A DNA stretch of 64,000 nt from Carcharhinus amblyrhynchos (Eukaryota). Shown piece after piece: positions 60,403-64,000 of the stretch. Location: assembly GCA_965287045.1 (NCBI GenBank), contig OZ336889.1:7812001-7876000 (forward strand), written 5' to 3'. The translations under genes were made by a program, and so were the position numbers. Every line of letters begins with the position of its first letter. Position 1 is the stretch's first letter. Under the pieces are notes generated by a model, which was not told where the DNA came from, did not search any database, and saw only the letters and a list, made by a program, of their open reading frames with translations.

Positions 60403-62880
60403 CATAGAACATAGAAAAACTACAGCACAAACAGGCCCTTTGGCGCAACTTGTGGGCCAATCATAGCCCTACCTGCTAGGCTTACCTATAACCCTCAATC
60501 CTATTAAGTCCCATGTACTCATCCAGAAGTCTCTTAAAAGACCCTATCGAATTTGCCTCCACCACCACTGACAGCAGCCGATTCCACTCACCCACCACCC
60601 TCTGAGTGAAAAACTTACCCCTGACATCTCCTCTGTACCTACTCCCCAGCACCTGAAACCTGTGTCCTCTCGTAGCAACCATTTCAGCCCTGGGAAAAAG
60701 CCTCTGAGAATCCACCCGATCTATACCTCTCAACATCTTATACACCTCTATCAGGTCACCCCTCATCCCTTGTGTCTCCAAGGAGAAAAGACCGAGCTCC
60801 CTCAACCTATCCTCACAAGGCATGTCACCCAACCCAGGCAACATCCTTGTAAATCTCCTCTGCACTCTTTCAATAGCTTCCACATTCCTCCTGTAATGAA
60901 GTGACCAGAACTGAGCACAGTACTCCATGTGGGGTCTGACTCGGATCTTATAAAGCTGCAGCATTATCTCCCAACTCCTAAACTCAATCCCTCGACTGAT
61001 GAAGGCTAGTACACCATACGCCTTCTTAACCACATCCTCAACCTGTGAGACCGATTTAAGTGTCCTGTCGACTCGGACCCCAAGGTCTTTCTGATCTTCC
61101 ACAGAGTCTTACCCTTGATGCTATACTCCTTCATCCCATTTGTCCTGCCAAAATGGACCACTGTACATTTATCCAGGTTGAAGTCCATCTGCCGCTTCTC
61201 CGCCCAGTCTTGTATCCTATCTATGTCACGCTGCAACTTCTGACTTCCCTCCAAACTATTTACAACACCACCAACCTTCGTGTCATCAGCAAACTTACCA
61301 ACCCACCCCTCCACTTCGTCATCCAGGTCATTTATGAAAATTACAAACAGCAAAGGCCCCAGAACAGATCCCTGGGGCACTCCACTGGTGACCGACCTCC
61401 ATGCAGAAAAAGACCCATCTACAACCACACTCTGCCTTCTGCGGGGAACATAAGAAATTGGAGCAGGAGTAGGCCTTCGAGCCTGCCCTGCCATTCAATA
61501 ACATCATTGGCTGATCTGAAGTGGATCAGTTTCACTTACCCGCTTTCTCCCCATAACCCTTAATTCCCCTGTCTATCAAAAACCTACCTACCTGTGACTT
61601 AAATATATTTAGCGAAGTAGCCTCCACCACTTCAATGGGCAGAGAATTCCAGAGATTCACCACTGTTTGAGTGAAGAAGTTCCTCCTCAACTCTGATCTA
61701 AACTGCCCCCCCTTATCTTGAGGCTATCCTTTCTAAGCGGGAAGAATCTCTCGACCTCTATCCTATCCATCCCCTTCACTATCTTGTACATCTCTATAAG
61801 ATCCCCCCTCATCCTTCTAAACTCTGAGTACAGACCCAGTCTATTTAGTCTCTCTTCATAGTCCAACCCCCTCATCTCCGTTATCAGCCTAGTGAACCTC
61901 CTCTGCGCTCCCTCCAAGGCCAGTATATCCTTCCGCAAGTGCGGTGACCAAAACCGCGCACAGTACTCCAGCTGCGGCCTCACCAGTACCCTGTACAGAA
62001 TTGGCAAGCCAATTCTGGATCCACAAGGCAACAGCCCCTTGGATCCCATGCCCCCTCACTTTCTCAAGAAGTCTTGCATGGGGGATCTTAACGCCTTGCT
62101 GAAGTCCACATAAACCACATCTGCTGCTCTTCCTTCGTCAATGTGTTTAGTCACATTTTCAAAGAACTCAACCAGGCTCGTAAGGCACGATCTGCCTTTG
62201 ACAAAGCCATGTGATTACTTTTGAGCATACTCAACTTCTCTAAATGTTCATAAATCCTGTCCCTCAAGATCTTCTCCATCAACTTACCAACCACTGAGGT
62301 TAGACTCACCGGTCGGTAATTTCTTGGGCTATCCCTATTCCCTCTCTTGAATATAGGAACCACATCTGCAATCCTCCGGAACCCCTCCCGTCTCCATCGA
62401 CGACACAAAGATCATCGCCAGAGGCTCTTGCAATCTCTCTTCCCTCGCCTCCCACAGTAACCTGGGGTACATCCCATCCGGTCCCAGCAACTTGTCTATC
62501 TCGATGCTATTCAAAATTGCCAACACATCCTCCTTCTTAATGTCCACGTACTCAATCTTTTTCAGTCCGCCGCAAGCCTGCAGCACAATCACCCAGATCT
62601 TTTTCCACCGTGAATACTGAGGTAAAGTATTCATTAAGCACCTCTGCTATTTCTACCAGTTCTGTATAAACTTTCCCACCTTCACATTTTATAGGTCCTA
62701 GTCCTTCATATCTCATCCTCTTACTCTTCACATATTTGTAGAATGTCTTAGGGTTCTTCTTAATCTTGCCTGACGAGGCCTGCTCTCATGACCCCTTCTC
62801 GCTCTCCTAATTTCCTCAAGTTCCTTCCTATACGCCATATACTCTTCTAGATCCCTAACATCGCCGAGCACTCTGAACCA
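60403..62880 (-). mobile_element. CR1 LINE (about 1.9 kb of ORF2) interrupted by another CR1
   Basis: ORFs 60482-61102, 61006-61494 (SGVPQGSVLGPLLFVIFINDLD, KFADDTK), 62151-62408 (NYRPVSLTSVVGKLME) and 62335-62634; tail catagaacatagaa. Confidence 0.9.
61446..61997 (-). mobile_element. Nested CR1 3' end related to the young subfamily
   Basis: Has its own tail gaacataagaaattggagcagg at 61446 and reads LYRVLVRPQLEYCARFWSPHLRKDILALEG. The host sequence ctctgccttctgcggg|...|gcaagccaattc resumes after it. Confidence 0.85.
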
Positions 62881-64000
62881 ATTGTGTAGAATATTTTGAC
62901 AAGTTAATGAATTACCTTTTTTGAAATTTAATTTTCTGATTAGGATCTTCAGTGGACCATATCTGCTGTTTACAGAGACCCATTATTCTCTTGATTAATC
63001 CTGTAGACATATATCTGCTCATGTATATCTGGTCCTGACCATTTGTACTGTACCTGTCTTTTACATGGAGGCTTGGGGAGAATTACCTCTAAATGGGAGT
63101 TCTTTCTCTCATTTCCTGGCCTGTCATCAATCTCCATTAGATGGCTACTAAAAATACACACTTTCCATGCTGTTGGTCCATGGGAATCCCCTGCTGCTGT
63201 GTGGGACATTGCCTCTGGCGTACTGTTTTGTGGAGTTGGCGGCAAAAATACCATTTGTTTGTCACTGGCACTCTCTGAAAATATGCAATAAGCAGTGTGT
63301 GCACTTCGTAATGCCAGGCTCAAGTAATGACGATCATCTCCTTGATTGCTTAATGACTTGATACAATGCAAAGTCTGGTAATGAGATATACAAACCAGAA
63401 GGACCCAGCCTGTGTGCCCAATCTGTGCCAAGTTTGTTCTAATTTAAGCAGTTGGCACTCTTGGGTTTGGAAGGGACACATAGCATGTGTTCCAATTTCT
63501 GATTCTAGCTGAAAAGTGTATATCAAATAAAGGACATGATTATTAATGACTGTTAAAATAAGATCTGACAGATCTGCATCCGCCAAAAAATCACTTGTTT
63601 TGGATGAAGTACCACAGGATTGTCAGCACTTTTGAGCGGTTATGCAACTTGGTCTGCTCTGACCAGCCCAATCCATTTTCTCCCTGTTGCCGCACTGCCA
63701 GTTTCATGCTGCTGGCTTCATGCTTGCCACACATTGCCATTTAGTGTGGATTGCCTGTCTTTACTGCATCAAGCTGTGTCACCTTATTTCTGATACTGGT
63801 TTACATGAAACACGTTCATGGAATTTCTAATTACTTGGTGTGATTTGTGCTATATTTTACTTTTAAAAAATAATTCACTAATTTCACAACTTCTGCTGTT
63901 ACGCCAATTTTAAAAAAATTGTGTGAGCTTGAGGTTAACTAATTAATTGACAATTCTAATGTAAGTGATTTGCTTTTTCAAGTGTTAGCCTGTCACATCG

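Noticed and set aside
62970-63431. 153-aa minus-strand ORF as a neighbouring gene such as COMT
   Set aside because: No methyltransferase or other recognisable motif. It is more likely antisense to ARVCF 3' UTR sequence.

Overview
Vertebrate (eukaryotic) genomic DNA, most likely from a shark or other elasmobranch; this is inferred from HE1-like V-SINEs, HER1/CR1-like LINEs and the Penelope-type repeats. The window holds the 3' half of one + strand gene, ARVCF (p120/delta-catenin family). Nine coding exons from 3481 to 57702 splice in frame through GT-AG sites and end in the PDZ-binding motif DSWV*. One intron is about 41 kb long (3553-44815) and packed with transposable elements: young CR1 LINE copies, V-SINEs, Rex1, RTE, Penelope and an old Gypsy element. 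It also holds a 5.7-kb antisense endogenous retrovirus (34376-40060) with apparently identical 426-bp LTRs, a 4-bp TSD and a tRNA-Pro PBS, but with every gene broken and a second, internal tRNA-Phe-like PBS. The most unusual items are a ~290-bp U2-snRNA-headed retroposon with an 18-bp TSD (51704-51993), the chimeric non-autonomous ERV, and candidate alternative ARVCF exons (a 6-nt microexon and a 95-nt phase-matched exon). All calls were made by eye without alignment tools, and the boundaries of old repeats are approximate.
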